A stretch of 64,000 nt of DNA from an uncultured virus (IMG/VR IMGVR_UViG_2061766007_001281) (IMGVR_UViG_2061766007_001281), one strand, 5' to 3'; counted from the stretch's first letter, positions 21,201 to 36,884 are shown. A program made the numbers and translations. Notes: generated by a model not told the origin, from the sequence alone.

Positions 21201-24200
21201 AGGGTGCCAGCGAGAAAGAGATTCAGGCAACCAAGTTCACACAGGATGAGTGGGAGCAGTTCGTATATGGCGGTTCGTACATAGAATATAAGAGCGAGCG
21301 TACCGGTGAGATACTGGAACCGGTGATGATTGATGATTCGCACTTCCCCATTTACGGCGATCATAGAGTAATCGTATGGCGCTGGAAGGACAGCATGTAC
21401 AAAGACCGCACCGAGGCTTCTGCTACATCGGATTATATCGTTAAGTACCTTAAAGCAAACAGGTTCAGGGCTACCGAGCAAAAATATAAAAAGAACCAAT
21501 ACGGATTCTGGACGGAGGAAGGTCATAACGGCTGTTCCAATCCGCTGNNNNNNNNNNNNNNNNNNNNNNNNNNNNNNNNGCTCATCATATATTGACTATT
21601 ATCGTGATGATGACGGCTTATGGAATGTCGGAGGTTGCGCAGAGTATGAGATTGGCGGTGGTACACTCAGCATGTCCAGACACCTGTTCAACACCAAGTC
21701 TGACGCGCTGCGCGCTGCTATTGAAGCGCTGGAGAAGTTCCGTAAGGAGCATCCGGGCAATCATTATAACCTCAAGGATGTTGACAACCTTATCAGTCAC
21801 TTAAAGACCAAGGTGCTGCCGTTGGCGATGAAGGAGGACGGTGAGATAGACGTTGTTCCTGACACGCTGGCCGTACAGGGTGAGCTGTTCACCTTTGACA
21901 GCCGTGCATCCAAGCAGGCCAAGAAAGCCAAGGCGAAGAAGGAGAAGAAGAAACCTGCCAAGAAAGCAGCACCTAAGAAGGTTGTGAGAGCCGAGGAGGA
22001 CGAGGACGAGACCGAACGTCCGACCGGTCGCCGTCAGCCCGATGAGACTATATCATTCCCTGACAGCGAGAACCGCATATACCTGTATGAGCAGGACGGC
22101 AAATGGGAGGCACGTATTGAGGTACATGCCGATAACGGTAACATGTCAGGCGGTGAGTCAGAGCCGTCCGCATATCCGTATAACAGCCGTGAGGATGCGA
22201 TACGTCATGCCTTAGACTATGCAGAGTGGTACGCCACCAACATAGCAGGTAAGACCGGTATCGGTCATGAAGGTATAGACAAGTTCGTGGACCAGGTACG
22301 TCTGACACAGATGGAAAGCCCTGCTCCACAACCAGCCGCACCTGCCTACGGTTCACAGAACACCATCATTACAGCCGATAAGTATGAGGAGCTGAAACGT
22401 AAGATGCGTGAAAAGCTCAACAATCTTAATGCTGGCTTTGATCCGGAGGTGTTCTATATCGGTGCGCAGATGGCTACCTTCCATGTGGAAGCTGGCGCAC
22501 GTAAGTTCGTGGATTTCGCTAAGCGTATGATTGAAGACCTGGGTGACGCGATACGTCCCTATCTGAAAGCCATATACAACGGAGCGCGTGACCTGCCTGG
22601 CATGGAGCAGTTCAAAGCCGAGATGGACAGCGCAGCCGAGGTGGATGTCATTGACGTGAACGCCATTACGCTGGAGGAGCCAGCTGCCGAGGAGCCGACC
22701 GAGGAAACTCCAGAGGAGGTGACCGAGGAGGAGAGCGAGACGGAGGATGAGCTGGCCGTACATGAAGGTGACCTTGTGGTACTGAAGAAGAAACCGCAGG
22801 GTTTTGACGGTGCGTTGAAGGTCGTGGGCGTGAACAGAGACGGCACATTCAACCTGGAATACAACCCGACCGGGTTCCTGCCTGTCACTATGATGAACGT
22901 GGATGCGGATGATTTCATTCCGTTTGTACGTAATCACCGTGAGGATATATCACAGCAGCGCAAAGATATAGAGACACAGCAGCCGCAGGAGGCCGCACCA
23001 GCAGCCGAGCAGCCTGCTGCCAAGACCGTGGGTGAGATTGGCACATATACACATACCAAGACCGGAAGGGAGATGTCTATCGTGCGTCTCACCGGTGACC
23101 GTCTGAGTGCTGATGAGTTTAAGGAGCTGAAAGCACGTGCCAAGGAGATGGGCGGTTATTATTCGTCATACGGCGGTGCCAAGGGTTTCCTGTTTGACAC
23201 CGTTGAGGATGCAACCAAATTCAACAACTTAGAATATGAAACAGAACAGACAGATGAGCAAACAGCAACAGATACAGCAGCTATTGTCAGCGAAGCAGCA
23301 TCTGTTGCAGAGCAAGCAGAAGCTGTTGCGCAAGCTGAGGAGCCAGCAGACACCCAGCGAGCAGCCGAACTCATAACACAGATTGACGAGCAGCTACAGA
23401 AGGTCAACGACCATCTGGCATTGCTGGGCTTCTATCAGGCAGACAAGTCCGATCCGTCCAAGTTCCATGAGAGCTACGGATTCATGAAGACCGCCGAGAA
23501 GAAAGCAGTTAAGGATGCGGACCGACTGGCCAAGGAGCTTGCAAAAGACCTGGGTATTGAGGTAGGTAAGAAACAACTTGCACAGGCCAACATAGCACCT
23601 GCAGGTGGTGACATCACATTCCGTCTGCCGCTGATGGACGGCTTTGAGCTGTACGTGAACATAGACATAGCTCCTGTTGACTATACGACCAGTTACGGAT
23701 ACAGCGATGACCTGCGTTTAGGTGGTGTGATGGGTGACGCTATGGCTATCATGTACCGTATTGAGAACCCGACCGCCAGCGGTCAGAGCCGTTATGTGTC
23801 CAGCAACATGTATGAGTCCATCGGTGTCATGTATAATGACTTCCTGAAGGATATACGCCGTGCTGCCAAGGCATATCTGCCTGAGCAGGTGGAAACACCG
23901 GCAGAGGATAACACACAAATTGCTCAGACACAGCAAGAAAAACCTGCAAAATCTGGTAAATCCAAGAAAAAAGAAGTAAATTCGCAGAGTAGCGGTGACG
24001 CACTGATGGGTGACCTCTTTGCAGACATCTATCATGTAGAGGAGGAGCAGCAGGAAGATGAGCCGGCACCGCAGGATGCAGCAGTCAACGCTCCTGTCAA
24101 GGAGGTTGTGACCGAGCTTAACGGTTACAAGATTGGTGACCGCGTGCTGTACACTGATTACACTGGAAAGACACAGCAGGCAACCATATATGAGTTTGAC

Positions 24201-27200
24201 GGTGGCCGTCCGGTACTGGATACCGGTTTTGCACCTGTCATGTATGAGCTTGTTGAATGGGATAATATTAAACCGATAGATAATGGACTTGAAGGAAATG
24301 ATGCAGTACGCACCGAAGGACTGCCAGCCGACAATCCTGGATATGGAGAAGGAGAAGGAGGCGGCACTGAGGGCGTACCTGAAACGGACCGGCAAGAAAC
24401 TGGAGGAGCTGACCGAGGAGGAGAAAGCGGAAGCCAGTCAGGTGAGCAGCCTGGACGATCCGTGCGACATGTACCGCGACTAAGCGGACAGAACAAACGT
24501 AACAACCACGTCTCAAAAGGCGAGGCTGTCTATCCTAAGTCACCTGCGGCACGATTCAAAGCCAACATAGCCGCTATCCGTCTGCTGAAAGAACTGCAAA
24601 ACGAAGGTAAGCAGGCCACCAAGGAGCAGATGGCAGTATTGCGCCAGTTCACAGGCTGGGGCGGACTGGGTGGATATTTCAACAATTCTTATTCCGAAGA
24701 TTACCGCGAGTTGCGTTCACTGCTCACTGATGAGGAGTTTGACGCAGCACAGCTGTCCATCAACACCGCTTACTACACTCCCACTGAGATTATAGATACC
24801 TTATGGGACGTAGCAGGTCGTCTGGGCTTTACCGGTGGTAAGATACTGGAGGGTTCGGCAGGTATAGGTNNNNNNNNNNNNNNNNNNNNNNNNNNNNNNN
24901 NNNCGAGCCAGATAACCGCCGTGGAGCTGGATGACATCACAGGCGGCATACTGGAACAGCTCTATCCTGACGCTCAGGTCTTTATCAGAGGATTCCAGGA
25001 TGTGGATATTGACAACGCATCGGTGGACCTCGCCATCACCAATGTTCCGTTTGGTGAGAACATGAAGATATATGACGCCAAGGAGAAGGACCTGACACGT
25101 CTGTTCGGAAGTAAGATTCATGATTTCTGCATAGCCAAGAACATACGTAAGCTACGTCAGGGCGGTATCGGCATATTCATATCGTCACGTGGCACGTTGG
25201 ACAGCTCCAGCCGTAAGCTGCGTCAGTGGATCATAAACGAGGGAAGCTGTGATGTCATCGGCGCTTTCCGTCTTAACAACGAGACATTCGTGGGTACCGG
25301 TGCTACTGCCGACATCATCGTGGTTCGTAAGCGTGTAAATAACCAGGTATCACCCGATGCCATTGACGTGACCGCCACCGAGGTGGTACGCTCCGAGGAG
25401 TATGAGACCGGCGAGACAGAGTATAACCGTAAGGAACACCGTTTTGAGCCTATCATGGGACGTGCCACGATGGAGATGAACACCTACTTCACCCAACATC
25501 CCGAAATGATGGGTGGTGAGATGGCGTTCGGCTTTGAGAAAGGCAACAGCTACCGTGGTGGCAGTGCTGCTCTCTATCCGTCAGATAAGATAGACCAATC
25601 CAAGCGTCTGAAGAAATGGGTGTCACAGATGAAGGAGTATGAACCGATGGAGGTTACGGCTCCTACGATGACAGCCGAGCTGGAAAGTACCGAGGGTGTC
25701 AAGGAAGGTCAGCTCATCGTCAACAGCAAAGGTGAGATTTGCCAGTCACGCAGAGGTAAGGCCGTGCCTGTTCCTGGCTTGAACAGCAACAAGGTAAAAG
25801 GCAAGTACACCAAAGCACAGGTGCTGGCCGATTATGACGCGCTGAAAGCCGCCATAAAAGAGACTTTGGACTATCAGCTGAAGAATGAGTCAGACGAGGG
25901 ATTACAGCCTCTCCTAAAGAAGCTGAACCGCGTCTATGACGATTTTGTGAAGAAGTACGGATACCTGACGCGTAACGCATCAATATCATTCCTCAAGAAT
26001 GACGTTGAGTACAGCGCTACCGAGCAGGTGGAGATATACAAGGAGAAGAAAGGTATTGACGGCAAGGTGACGGCTGATGTCAAGAAAGCACAGCTGTTCT
26101 TTGTACGTCAGCTCAACGCACCTGTCATTCCTACACCTGAGACGGTACAGAATGGTGTCATCGTTTCCATGAACCAGTTTGGCCGTATCAACATTCCGTT
26201 CATAGCACAGGCTATGAAACAGAGTGAGGATAAGGTGAAGGAAGATATACTTGCCGCAGGTCTGGGCTTTGAAGATCCAGCGACCGGTGAGGTGACTATC
26301 GAGTATGAGTACCTGTCAGGTAACGTGCGTGAGAAGCTGGAATATGCTAACGAGCATAACACAGACGGACGATATAACAACAACGTCAAGGCCCTGCAAG
26401 GCGTGATACCTGCCGACATACCGGCACATCTGATTGAGTTCTCGCTGGGTTCGGATTGGCTCCCTGTATCCCTTTATGTGGGATACGCACATGAGAAGTT
26501 CGGTGTCAATGACCGGTTCCAGCCTGTCAAGGTAGGCGGCTCATGGACACTCAAAGAGGACGGCATATATTATATTGACGGCCGTAACGAGCAGAACCGC
26601 AGCGCAGGTGTCACCAGTAACGCACTTAACATGACCGTCTATGGTCATGAGCTGATGATTGCCGCCATGAACAACAAGACGGTGGAGTTTGTGAAGACCG
26701 AGACCGTGGGCGGTGAGAAAGAGACACGCCGAGNNNNNNNNNNNNNNNNNNNNNNNNNNNNNNNNNNNNNNNGCACGTCAGAAGATGCAGGGCGATGAGG
26801 AGCTGGCTGCACATGTGTCAAAGATATACAATGACCTGTTCAACGCCATGGTCCCCAAGCAGATAAGGGATATATACGTACCTGAGCATTTCAACGGAAT
26901 GGCCAACGTACTTGCCAACGGCAAGCCGCTGTCACTGCGTCCCCATCAGGCACGTTCCGTGATACGCTCCACCACCGAGCCGGTGATACTGGCTCATGAG
27001 GTGGGAACCGGCAAGACCTTCACACTCATAACAGCAGCGATGGAGATGCGCCGTCTGGGTACCGCCAAGAAACCTATGATTGTGGTGCAGAACGCGACAC
27101 TGGGCCAGTTCGTGGCAAGTGCCAAGGAGCTGTATCCCAGTGCCAGGATACTGACCATATCCGAGCAGGACCGCACGGTAGAAGGCCGTGGCGCTTTCTA

Positions 27201-30200
27201 TGCCAAGATACGTTATAATGACTGGGACCTCATCATAGTACCGCAGTCTGTCTTTGAGATGATGCCTGACAGCGAGGAGCGCCGCCGTGCATTCATACAG
27301 AGTAAGATTGAGGAAAAGGAGTATATCCTGTCACAAGCGGACCAGACCGCCGACCAGAATGTCATACGCCGACTGAAACAGGAGATTGACGACCTGAAGT
27401 ATGAGTATGACACTGGTGAGAAGCCGCAGAAGGGTAAGAAGAAAGACTCCAAACGTCAGGCCGAGTCCATCAACAACACCAAGGTGAAGGCACAGCGTCA
27501 GTTGGATCGCCGTACTGATGACGTATCCAACTTTGATGAGATGGGTATTGACGCGCTGCTGGTTGATGAGGCACACGCATACAAACACCTGGGATTCGCC
27601 ACCACCATGCAGCGTGGCGTGAAAGGTGTGGATGCGTCAGGCAGCAAACGTGCCGCAGGTGTGTTTCTCAAGACACGTTCCATCTTTGACCGCGTGGGCT
27701 GGAAGAACGTGGTATTTGCTACCGGTACTCCCATAAGCAACACCGCAGCCGAGATATGGACGTTCATGAAGTATCTGCTGCCTGATGATTTCATGTGGAA
27801 GAACCACATCTACTACTTTGATGATTTCGTCCGTAACTTCGGTTCCATTCAGCAGAACCTGGAATTCACCACAAGCGGTAAGTTCAAGGAGACCACACGT
27901 TTCGCCGCTTATACCAACCTGCCCGAACTGGTACGTATATGGATGACAATCGCTGACGTGGTACTGACCAAGGAGGCGGTGGCCGGTGACGGTGAGACAC
28001 TCAATGACAAGGTGCCGCGTATGGAGGACTGGACCGATGATAAGGGCGTGAAACATGAGAACCAGGTACGTGACATATACCTGCCTCAGTCCGCATCACT
28101 CATCACCATCATGTCCGCTGTACGTGCCGAGCTGGAGCGTTTTGAGAACATGTCAGGTAAGGAGAAGCAGGAGAACAGCCATATACCGCTTGTGATGTTC
28201 GGAACGGCCAAAGCCGCCGCCATTGACACACGTCTGGTATCGGCCGAGTCACCTGACGAGCCGCAGAGCAAGACCAACCGTGCCGTGGAGGAGACGCTGA
28301 AAGCGCTGGAGGACAGCAAGCGTTACAAAGGCACGTGCGCGCTGTTCTGTGACATGTACCGCCGTTGGGATTATGAGGGTGGCCGCCGTGTGGAGGGCTT
28401 TAACGTCTTTGACGAGATAAGACGTAAGCTCATAGACAGGGGCGTGCCTGCCGACCAGATAATCATCATGGAGTCCGGCATGTCAACAGCCGCCAAGGAG
28501 AAGATATTTGCCAAGGTCAATAACGGTGATATACGTGTGATCATGGGTACCACCGCCACACTGGGTACTGGTGTCAACATACAGGAGCGTCTGTTCTTTG
28601 AGGCACACCTGGATGCACCAAACCGTCCTATGGATTACACACAGCGTATGGGCCGTATTCTGCGTCAGGGCAACTTGCACAAAGAATGGGGCATACCGGT
28701 ACGTGTGATACGTTTTGGCGTGGAGGATTCACTTGACGTGACCGCCTATCAGCGCCTGTCCACCAAGAGCAAGTTTATAAATTCCGTGATGGATAGCAAG
28801 CACCTGCTTGCCAACGGCATGGAGGACCGTGTGCTTGAGGAGGAGGAAGAAGGTGAGTTTGACAATCCTGTCGCCATCCTGTCAGGTAGCGAGTATGCGC
28901 TGCTCAAGACACAGGCCGAGCGTGAGCTGCGTAAGTTACAGAACAAAAAAGAACAGCACCGTCAGGACCAGATATACATTGAGAACAAACTGAAGAAAAA
29001 CAACACCCAGCTGTCACTGGCCGAGAGCAATCAGACCAAGTACCAGCAGGCACTGGATAACACAATCGCTGCATTCCCCGATGGTACGGTGAAGGAGATT
29101 ACCGTAGAGGGCGTGAAGTGTAAGGATGATAAGGCGGTGGCCGCTGCTGTCAAGGNNNNNNNNNNNNNNNNNNNNNNNNNNNNNNNNNNNAGCGCCATGA
29201 GGAGAAACGCACGTTTACCATGACCTTTGACGGTGTTAAGGTGAATGTGATTGTCACACTGGTCAGCTCATGGGGTTATGACTTCAACAAGGGTTCGTAC
29301 AACACCAAGGTACAGACACAGCTCCAGTTCGTATGTGACGAGTGCGGATTCACCGAGCCGGTGGATATGCCGGGCGGTTACACTGCCGCCAAGGATATTG
29401 TTGAGTACTTCAAGCTCAACATAGCCAACGGCAGCCGTATGAGACGTAACCTGGAACTGCTGTCAGAGCATATTGACCGTATCAACAAGGACAATGAGCT
29501 GATGCTGGAACGTAAGGGTAAGCCTTTTGCCGATGAGGATAAGCTGAAAGAGCAGACCAAGCTGGTAGAGGACCTGACCGAGAAGATGAAAGCGGAGATG
29601 GCAGCTAAGGAGGCCAAGTACGCCGAGGAGCTGAAAAACAGCACATCCAGCTTCGTGCTGCATACAGAGTTGTCTGATGATGACATTAACAGCGATGATG
29701 ACAGCGCTCCTGCCTATCAGACCGTCACCGGTAACGCCACACAGATATTGGATTACTATGAAAATCCTGATGGAAGATACTCATATATGAGTGAGGACGG
29801 TCTGGTATCGGCTGTGGAGATGAGTAACGTGCTTATGGATGATGAGCGTGTGCGCGACCTTGTTGACGAGTACCGCAGGCTGGATGTCATTGACCGTTCC
29901 GAGGGCAGACGTGACTTCACAGGCGGTGAGATGCAGGACCTTGTGGAGTTTGAGCTGTTGCCGCTGCTGCGTGAGATTGCAGAGCTGGAACAGCGTAACG
30001 AGGCCAGCATTGTTGAGGGTAACGTAAACACTGAGATATTCATATCCAACGCGCTTAAAGCCGTTCAGGGTATCAAACAGGAGAAAGCCACACCGCAGCA
30101 GTGGCTGGCTATGATCCAGAAACAGGGCGGACTGAAAGCCGGTGAAGATAAGTGGCTGGGCCTGAGCCAGTGGCTCCAGGGAAAGACCGCCAAGACACTC

Positions 30201-33200
30201 ACCAAGGATGAGCTGCTCCAGTATATCCGTGAGAACAGGATACAGATTGAGGAGACCTGGTACGGCGAGGATGTTGCAATAAAGAACCTGGAGAATAAAT
30301 ACCCGACCTTCAATAAGGCGTTCTATATTGACATGGACGAGTTCCATAACATTCCGTCTGTTGGTATCAGCAACTTGGACGAAGCTATCAGGTTATATAA
30401 CCAGCATAATGCGGATGACAGGATAACCAAGGATGAGGTATCGGGTGAATTGACCGACAGCGAGTTTGACCGTATAGTAGCATGGGGTAATGACGTTATC
30501 AAACACGGCATAAATGATATTGAACCTACAAGGAAACACTACCAGACTTTCGGACTGGAGAACAACCGTGAGATTGCGCTGACGGTTCCGACTATCAGGC
30601 CGTATAATGTGGATGATGTTCATTTCGGTAATGCCGATAACGGACGTGCCATTGCGTGGGCGCGCTTCGGTGATGCCTTTGACAAGCAGGGTAAAGCGGT
30701 GTTGTTCATAGATGAGATTCAGAGCAGACGTCACCAAGACGGACGTAAGATGGGTTATGATACACCGGTGCCGTTCCTTAACGCTATCATCGGTGAATAC
30801 AGAGATACCGCCACAGGAGACAAGACGGCAAATCTGACATCACCGGTTACAGGTGAGGTTATCGGTCGTATATACAAGACACAGGAAGGTTTGTATTGGG
30901 GTGAGACTCAGAACGGCACACAGATGACCAGTGAGCGTGACACCGAGCAGTCTGTACTGGAAGGACTTAATGCTTTCGGCTTGGAAGGTGGTGTTCCTGC
31001 TGCTCCGTTTGAGAAGAACTGGCATGAACTTACCATGAAACGTATGCTGCGTCTGGCAGCCGAGGAGGGTTATGATAAGCTGGCCTGGGCCACCGGTGAC
31101 CAGCAGGCACAGCGATATAACATAGGCGGCTCACTGAACTCCGTGAGACGTATGGATCATGATACGTTACATGAGAGACAATATGCGCTGGAGATGAACA
31201 GCCGTGGTTATCAGTATATCACAACTGATGACGAGGGTAATGTGTTGCAGTCTCTTGTAGCTGAGTTCCAGAACAGGAATATCGCGGATATTGTAGGTAA
31301 GGAGCTGGCAGTACGTATGCTTTCAATGAAAGAGAATGAGACTCTTGAAGGTGAGGGCCTGCGTGTAGGCGGTCAGGGTATGGTTCAGTTCTACGACCAC
31401 ATGCTACCTGCTTTTGTCAATAAGTACGGAAAGCAGTGGGGCGTGAGCGTAAGGGATGAGCTGGTAGAACTCAATGACGGCGCGCTGCTGGAAGCTCACA
31501 TGATTGATGTAACTCCTGCAATGCGTGAGAGCGTGACGGAGGAGCCGCAGGTTATGTTCCAAACGGTGACCGATCCTGTGACGATAGCAAAGCTGGAAGC
31601 AGGAAAGAAGATACGCGCTTATCGTGCCATGCAGGTGATTGACGGCAAGCTGTACTCACCTATGGCCGCACGTATCAACGGACAGATGACCGAACCCATT
31701 GAACTGGGTAAGTGGGAGCAGGCCGTGGAGCGTCCTGAGCTGATTGACGCATACGGACGCTTCAAGCTGGATAAGGCCAACGGCAAGAGCGTACCTGCAC
31801 GTTACAACCCCTATATCCATGCGTCACGCAGTCCGCTGAATGACCAGTTCACATCGGCTTATGACCGTCCCAACCTTGTGACCGTAGAGGTGGAGGTGCC
31901 GGAGAGCGAGCTGACAAGCGGATATAAGGCCCAGTATGCCAAGGATGCAGTAGGTGAGATTGACTGGCACAGCGGTCCTGTAAGCAGCAAACTGCCGAAG
32001 GATAAGAGCCGTAAGGTGATTCTGACACGCTGGGATAAGCCTATACGTATCGTACCTGACAGCGAGGTGGCACAGATGATTGCGGACCTGCTGGATGGTG
32101 AGGATATAGCCGTACCGTATAACACCGTCACACCGTCACTTCGTGAGGAACTGGAGCAGGTGGGCGTAAGTATCAGTGATGTACCGTCAGGTAATGTCAG
32201 GCAGGATAACGGCGGTCTGACCGAGAACCAGGTGAAGATGCTGAAATTCGTGACCGGTCTGTCAGAGGATGAGATACGTGGTGATTATGACAACGAGTTC
32301 TCAGACCGCAGGGAGGGTGAGAGCGTGACGAACTTCGTCAAGCGTATCATACGTGCTTATGAGATTAAGTTCAATATGCTGGTGCCGGTTTATGTGGTAT
32401 CTGGCAACATCAAGTACTCCAAAGAGAACCTGGCACGTGTGCTGCATATCCCTGCTACCGCAAACATAGATGATGTTTACAGAGATTATCTGAGACATTT
32501 CTTCAGCAACAACGCAACTGGTGGCGGATTTGCATATAGTGATGAATATGACGGAAGAATTGTTATATTTGCAGGTGATAAGAGTACTGCAGGTGAGTTG
32601 ATGATTACCTTGCTGCATGAAAACGTACATGCGGCACTTGACGAGGACCTCAGAATAATCAGTCCTGTCGCATCCAGGTGTATCATTGACTATTATGAGA
32701 GGGAGCGTAGCAAGGACCTTGCTGATAAGGCAAAGGAATTCTATGAGATTCTCAAGGCAGCACCCGAATATCAAGGAGAGGATATTGACGAGGAATATGT
32801 TGCGTACCGTCTGTCATGGGATTTGGCTCATGGGCTTAACATGGAGCGCAGGATAGCTGGATTTGCCAACGGTAACAAGGCCATTGAGGATTATTTCAGA
32901 ACAATTGTCAACAAGATAAAGAAGGACAACGATGACAACGAAGAAAATGATGGATTTGATGGAGGAAATGGGACAGATGGAGCTGGAAGAGATGGAGAAG
33001 GAGCAGAACCAGTCCTCTACCAAACCGTAGATCCACACGGATATGAGGATAGCGCGGCAGACCTGACCGATAAGTGTCAGCGTGTGGGCGCTAACCTGGG
33101 TGTGCCTGTTGAGGTTATCAACGAGCCTCTGAACGCTTTTGTAAGTTCATTCAATAACGGCACACTGAAAATCAATATCGCTTCATTAAACGACCGCACA

Positions 33201-36200
33201 CCGCTGGCCGCTGCGCTTATGGCTATGAGCCATGATATGTCATTATCTGACGTGCTGGGTGCGGATGCCGTTCGTCAGTTCGCGCAGGAGCTGTACCGTC
33301 AGCTGCCGGAGTTCCGACAGAAGGTGGTGGAGATTGCACAGCAGAGTTACGGCTGGGATACCGCACGTGCCATGATGCAGTATCTGGGTTCCATGAGTGA
33401 GAGTACCATTGACGATGAGGAATCACAGAACACATGGAACACCATTGAGACTGCGTTCAACGACATGCTTGACAAGGTGCTGGATAAGACACCTATGGGC
33501 TGGCAGTGGGTGAACCGCAGCGCAATCCGTTATATCCTGTTCCAGAACGCACATCAGGGAGACAACTCCATTCCTACCCTCGCACGTGGCGCGGCCCTGG
33601 CTCATAAGGAAGGACTGAGTGAGGCAGACAGTGAGATGCGCGTGGACGGCCGTGACGCGGCACGCAGGCAGGACCTGAACGAGAGGACCGCTGCCAGCGC
33701 CGCCAATATCTATAACCGCACGGTCAGTCAGATGTGGTCACGTATGGATGAGACCTACCGCGACCAGTTCCAGTCCGTCAACACACTCGTTGACGCGCTG
33801 GAGAAAGCGTCAGGCAGTAAGGCACAGGGTTTTGAGGATATACGTAAGTCACTCAACCAGCAGTCATCAAAAGGACTGGCTGCCATGCAGAAGTGGGAGC
33901 GTGAACACTGGGATAAGATGATGAAGGCCGTGCAGACAATCATTGACGAGCGTGGGCTGAGTTATGACGAGATTGAACGTTACCTCATGCTCAAACATGG
34001 CATTGAGCGTAATGAGATACTGGCTAAACGTGATGCACGCGCTTTCTATCAGGCTATCCATGACGCCAAGGTGACATCTATACAGGAGTTTGCCAAGCAG
34101 CATCCTGACGTATCGGACGAGGAGATAAAGAAACGTATATCACGTGAGGATGATATACTGGACCGTCATTTTGTAGCTATTGAGTCCGGTACTGACAGCA
34201 AGTATAAGGAGCTGCGCGAGAAGGATTACGGCGGTCTGACCGGTCTCTACTCCAAGTATGAGAACATCAATCCGTATGATCCTACTACCGAGACGCAGGA
34301 GGAGTATGAGAAACGGCTGCTGGCTGCACGTAAGCCTATGTTTGACAATATGACAGACATGGAGCTGGCTGCGGATGCCGAAATTGCAGACTTTGAAAAG
34401 CGTATGGGCAGCGACCTGATGACGGAGCTGTGGAATCAGATTAACGGCGCTACCAAGGCGGTACTGAAACACCAGTATGACGCTAACATGATGAGCCGCG
34501 GCCAGTATGAGCGTGTGCGTGATATGTTCAAGTATTACGTGCCGCTGCGCGGATTTGCCGAGACCACTCCCGAAGATATGTACTCTTACTATACCAGCAA
34601 CGCGGACGCTACCTTCGTGGCACCGCTGAAACAGGCCAAGGGACGTAAGACCAGAGCCGAGTCACCGCTGGCATATATAGGTGCGATGGCAAGTTCAGCC
34701 ATAGCCGCAGACATAAAGAACGAGAGCAAGCTGGCCCTGTATTATTTCGTAAGTAACCGCCATGCGGATAACGACCTTGTGCTGATAAGTGACGTGTGGT
34801 TCGTCAAGCAGGTGGATGAGGACGGTAATGCGCTCCTTGACGACCAGGGACGCACGATATTTGAGCCGGTCTATCCTCCGTTCACCGAATCACTTTCCAC
34901 CGACCAGGCAAAGGCCGCGTATGAGCAGTGGGAGAATGAGATGAAGCAACTGGCTCGTGAACACCGTGCTTTCCGTGGCGTGCGTGAGATTGAGAAACAA
35001 CGTCTGAATTACGTGGTGAACACCACCAAGCAGCAGGTTAAGTCTCATATCATTACGTTTAAGCTGGGTGGCCGTGATATGTTTATGTTCATAAACGGCA
35101 ATCCGCGTGCAGCCCAGGCTATCAACGGTGAGTTGAACGTGGATGCCAGCAAGAATGAGTTTACCAAGGCTACACTTAAGTTCCTGCGTGCGTTTGCAAG
35201 TCTGAACACATCACTTAACCCTGAGTTCTGGTTGAGCAACCTGCAGCGTGATACGCTGTTTGCAGTCATGTCAGTCAACGTCAAGGAGGATAAGGCATAT
35301 AACGAGGCGTTCCGTAAGAACCTCAAAACCGCCATGAAGGTGGTGAAGATGAAACGTGCGCTCAATGACGGCACGCTGGGTGACAGCGAGCTGGAGCAGC
35401 ATTACCGTTCATTTGTAGAGAACGGCGGTGTAACCGGTTACACATCGGTACGTGGCACGGAGGTATGGGAGGCCGAGATAAAGAAATACACCGGAGAGAC
35501 ACGCGGTGCCATCGAGCGTGTGGGTGCGGCGCTGGATGCGGTACAGGAGTTCGGTGAGAGCTTTGAGCAGATGACACGATTCGCTGCATATCTTACCAGC
35601 CGTGAGCAGGGTAAGAGCGTGGTAGAGAGCGTGGCCGATGCCAAGGAGCTGACGGTGAACTTCAACCGNNNNNNNNNNNNNNNNNNNNNNNNNNAGAGTG
35701 AGTTCCTGCGTGACAAAGACGGTAAGAAACTCAATGCCATGGAGCGTCTCTTTGCCGTGAGTGCCAGCATGCTGTCTGTCTATGGCCGTCACGCGATCAT
35801 GTTCTTTAACGCATCAGTGCAAGGTCTCAACGCCATGTACCTGCTGGCAAAGAAGAATCCGAGCAAGCTGGGTGCATGGGTGGGCGGTTACCTGATGCTG
35901 GGTGCCATGAACGCCATACTGCATGCCCTGTTAGGTGGAGGTGGTGACGGTGACGATGATGACAAGGGCAACGGATACCTGGATATTCCCGATTATGAGC
36001 GTAGGAATAACTTGCTGCTGGGTATGGGTGGCGTCTATCTGAAATGGGCACTGCCACAGGAGGCACGTGTGTTCTACGGTATGGGTGATATGGTTGTCAA
36101 CCATGCGCTGGGACGTGAGCCGCATAAGAACATTGTCGGTGAGGTGGCAAGCATGATCGGTGAGATTGCACCGCTGGATGCAACATCAGGACTGGCTGCC

Positions 36201-36884
36201 ATGCTGCCGAGTATCGCAACTCCTGTCGTGGAGGTATTACAGAACGAGGACTACAAGGGTGCGCGTGTGTATAACGATAACCGATTCATATCAGATGAGG
36301 AGAAGAAACATATACCGGCATACCGTAACACCATGCGCAACACCAGTAAGGTCTATATCGCGCTGTCCAAGGCACTGAACTGGATAAGTGGCGGTGACGA
36401 CTATGAGGCAGGNNNNNNNNNNNNNNNNNNNNNNNNNNNNNNNNNNNATCTGGTAGAAGGTTACACAGGTGGTGTGGGCACGACCGTGGGTAAGGGCCTG
36501 AAGTTCATTGAGAACGCGCTGGGCGGTGAGGTCAAGATAAGTGATACTCCGTTCCTCAGACGTTTGATGACATGGAATGACGACCGTTACCGTAACGCTC
36601 ATGTGACCGACCTGTATTACTACTACCGTGATATGGCCGAGAACACAGAACGCCGTATCAAGGAGGCTGTGAAGGCAGGTGACGAGCAGGAGCTGAACAA
36701 AGTTGTTGACAGCTTTGACTTTAAGGTACTGGAGGTATGGAAACGTTATGAGAAGGAGATGGACGCTTATGACAAATACCTGCGGTTCATGGACAGCAAG
36801 GACCGCAAGCAGCGTAAGGAAATCACCAGGGAACATGACGCGCTGAGAACACGTATGATTAGGGACATTTCAGACCTGAAGTGA
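15253..36884 (+). CDS. Giant polyvalent (DarB-like) protein of about 7,200 aa: zincin motifs, ParB-like region, N6-adenine methyltransferase, SNF2/SF2 helicase, membrane-like C-terminal region
   Basis: Every frame change coincides with an N run and open frames continue on both sides; motifs HEVVAH, LEGSAGIG and ITNVPF, AHEVGTGKT, VDEAH, ATGTP, QRMGRILRQGN, HENVH. Confidence 0.72.

Noticed and set aside
17405..36836. Numerous long antisense ORFs inside large genes
   Set aside because: They are shadows of codon bias on the opposite strand, with no recognisable motifs
15253..36884. Frameshifted pseudogenes or programmed frameshifts in the giant gene, portal, terminase, capsid and integrase
   Set aside because: All frame changes fall at N runs of uncertain true length, so they are most simply gap artefacts
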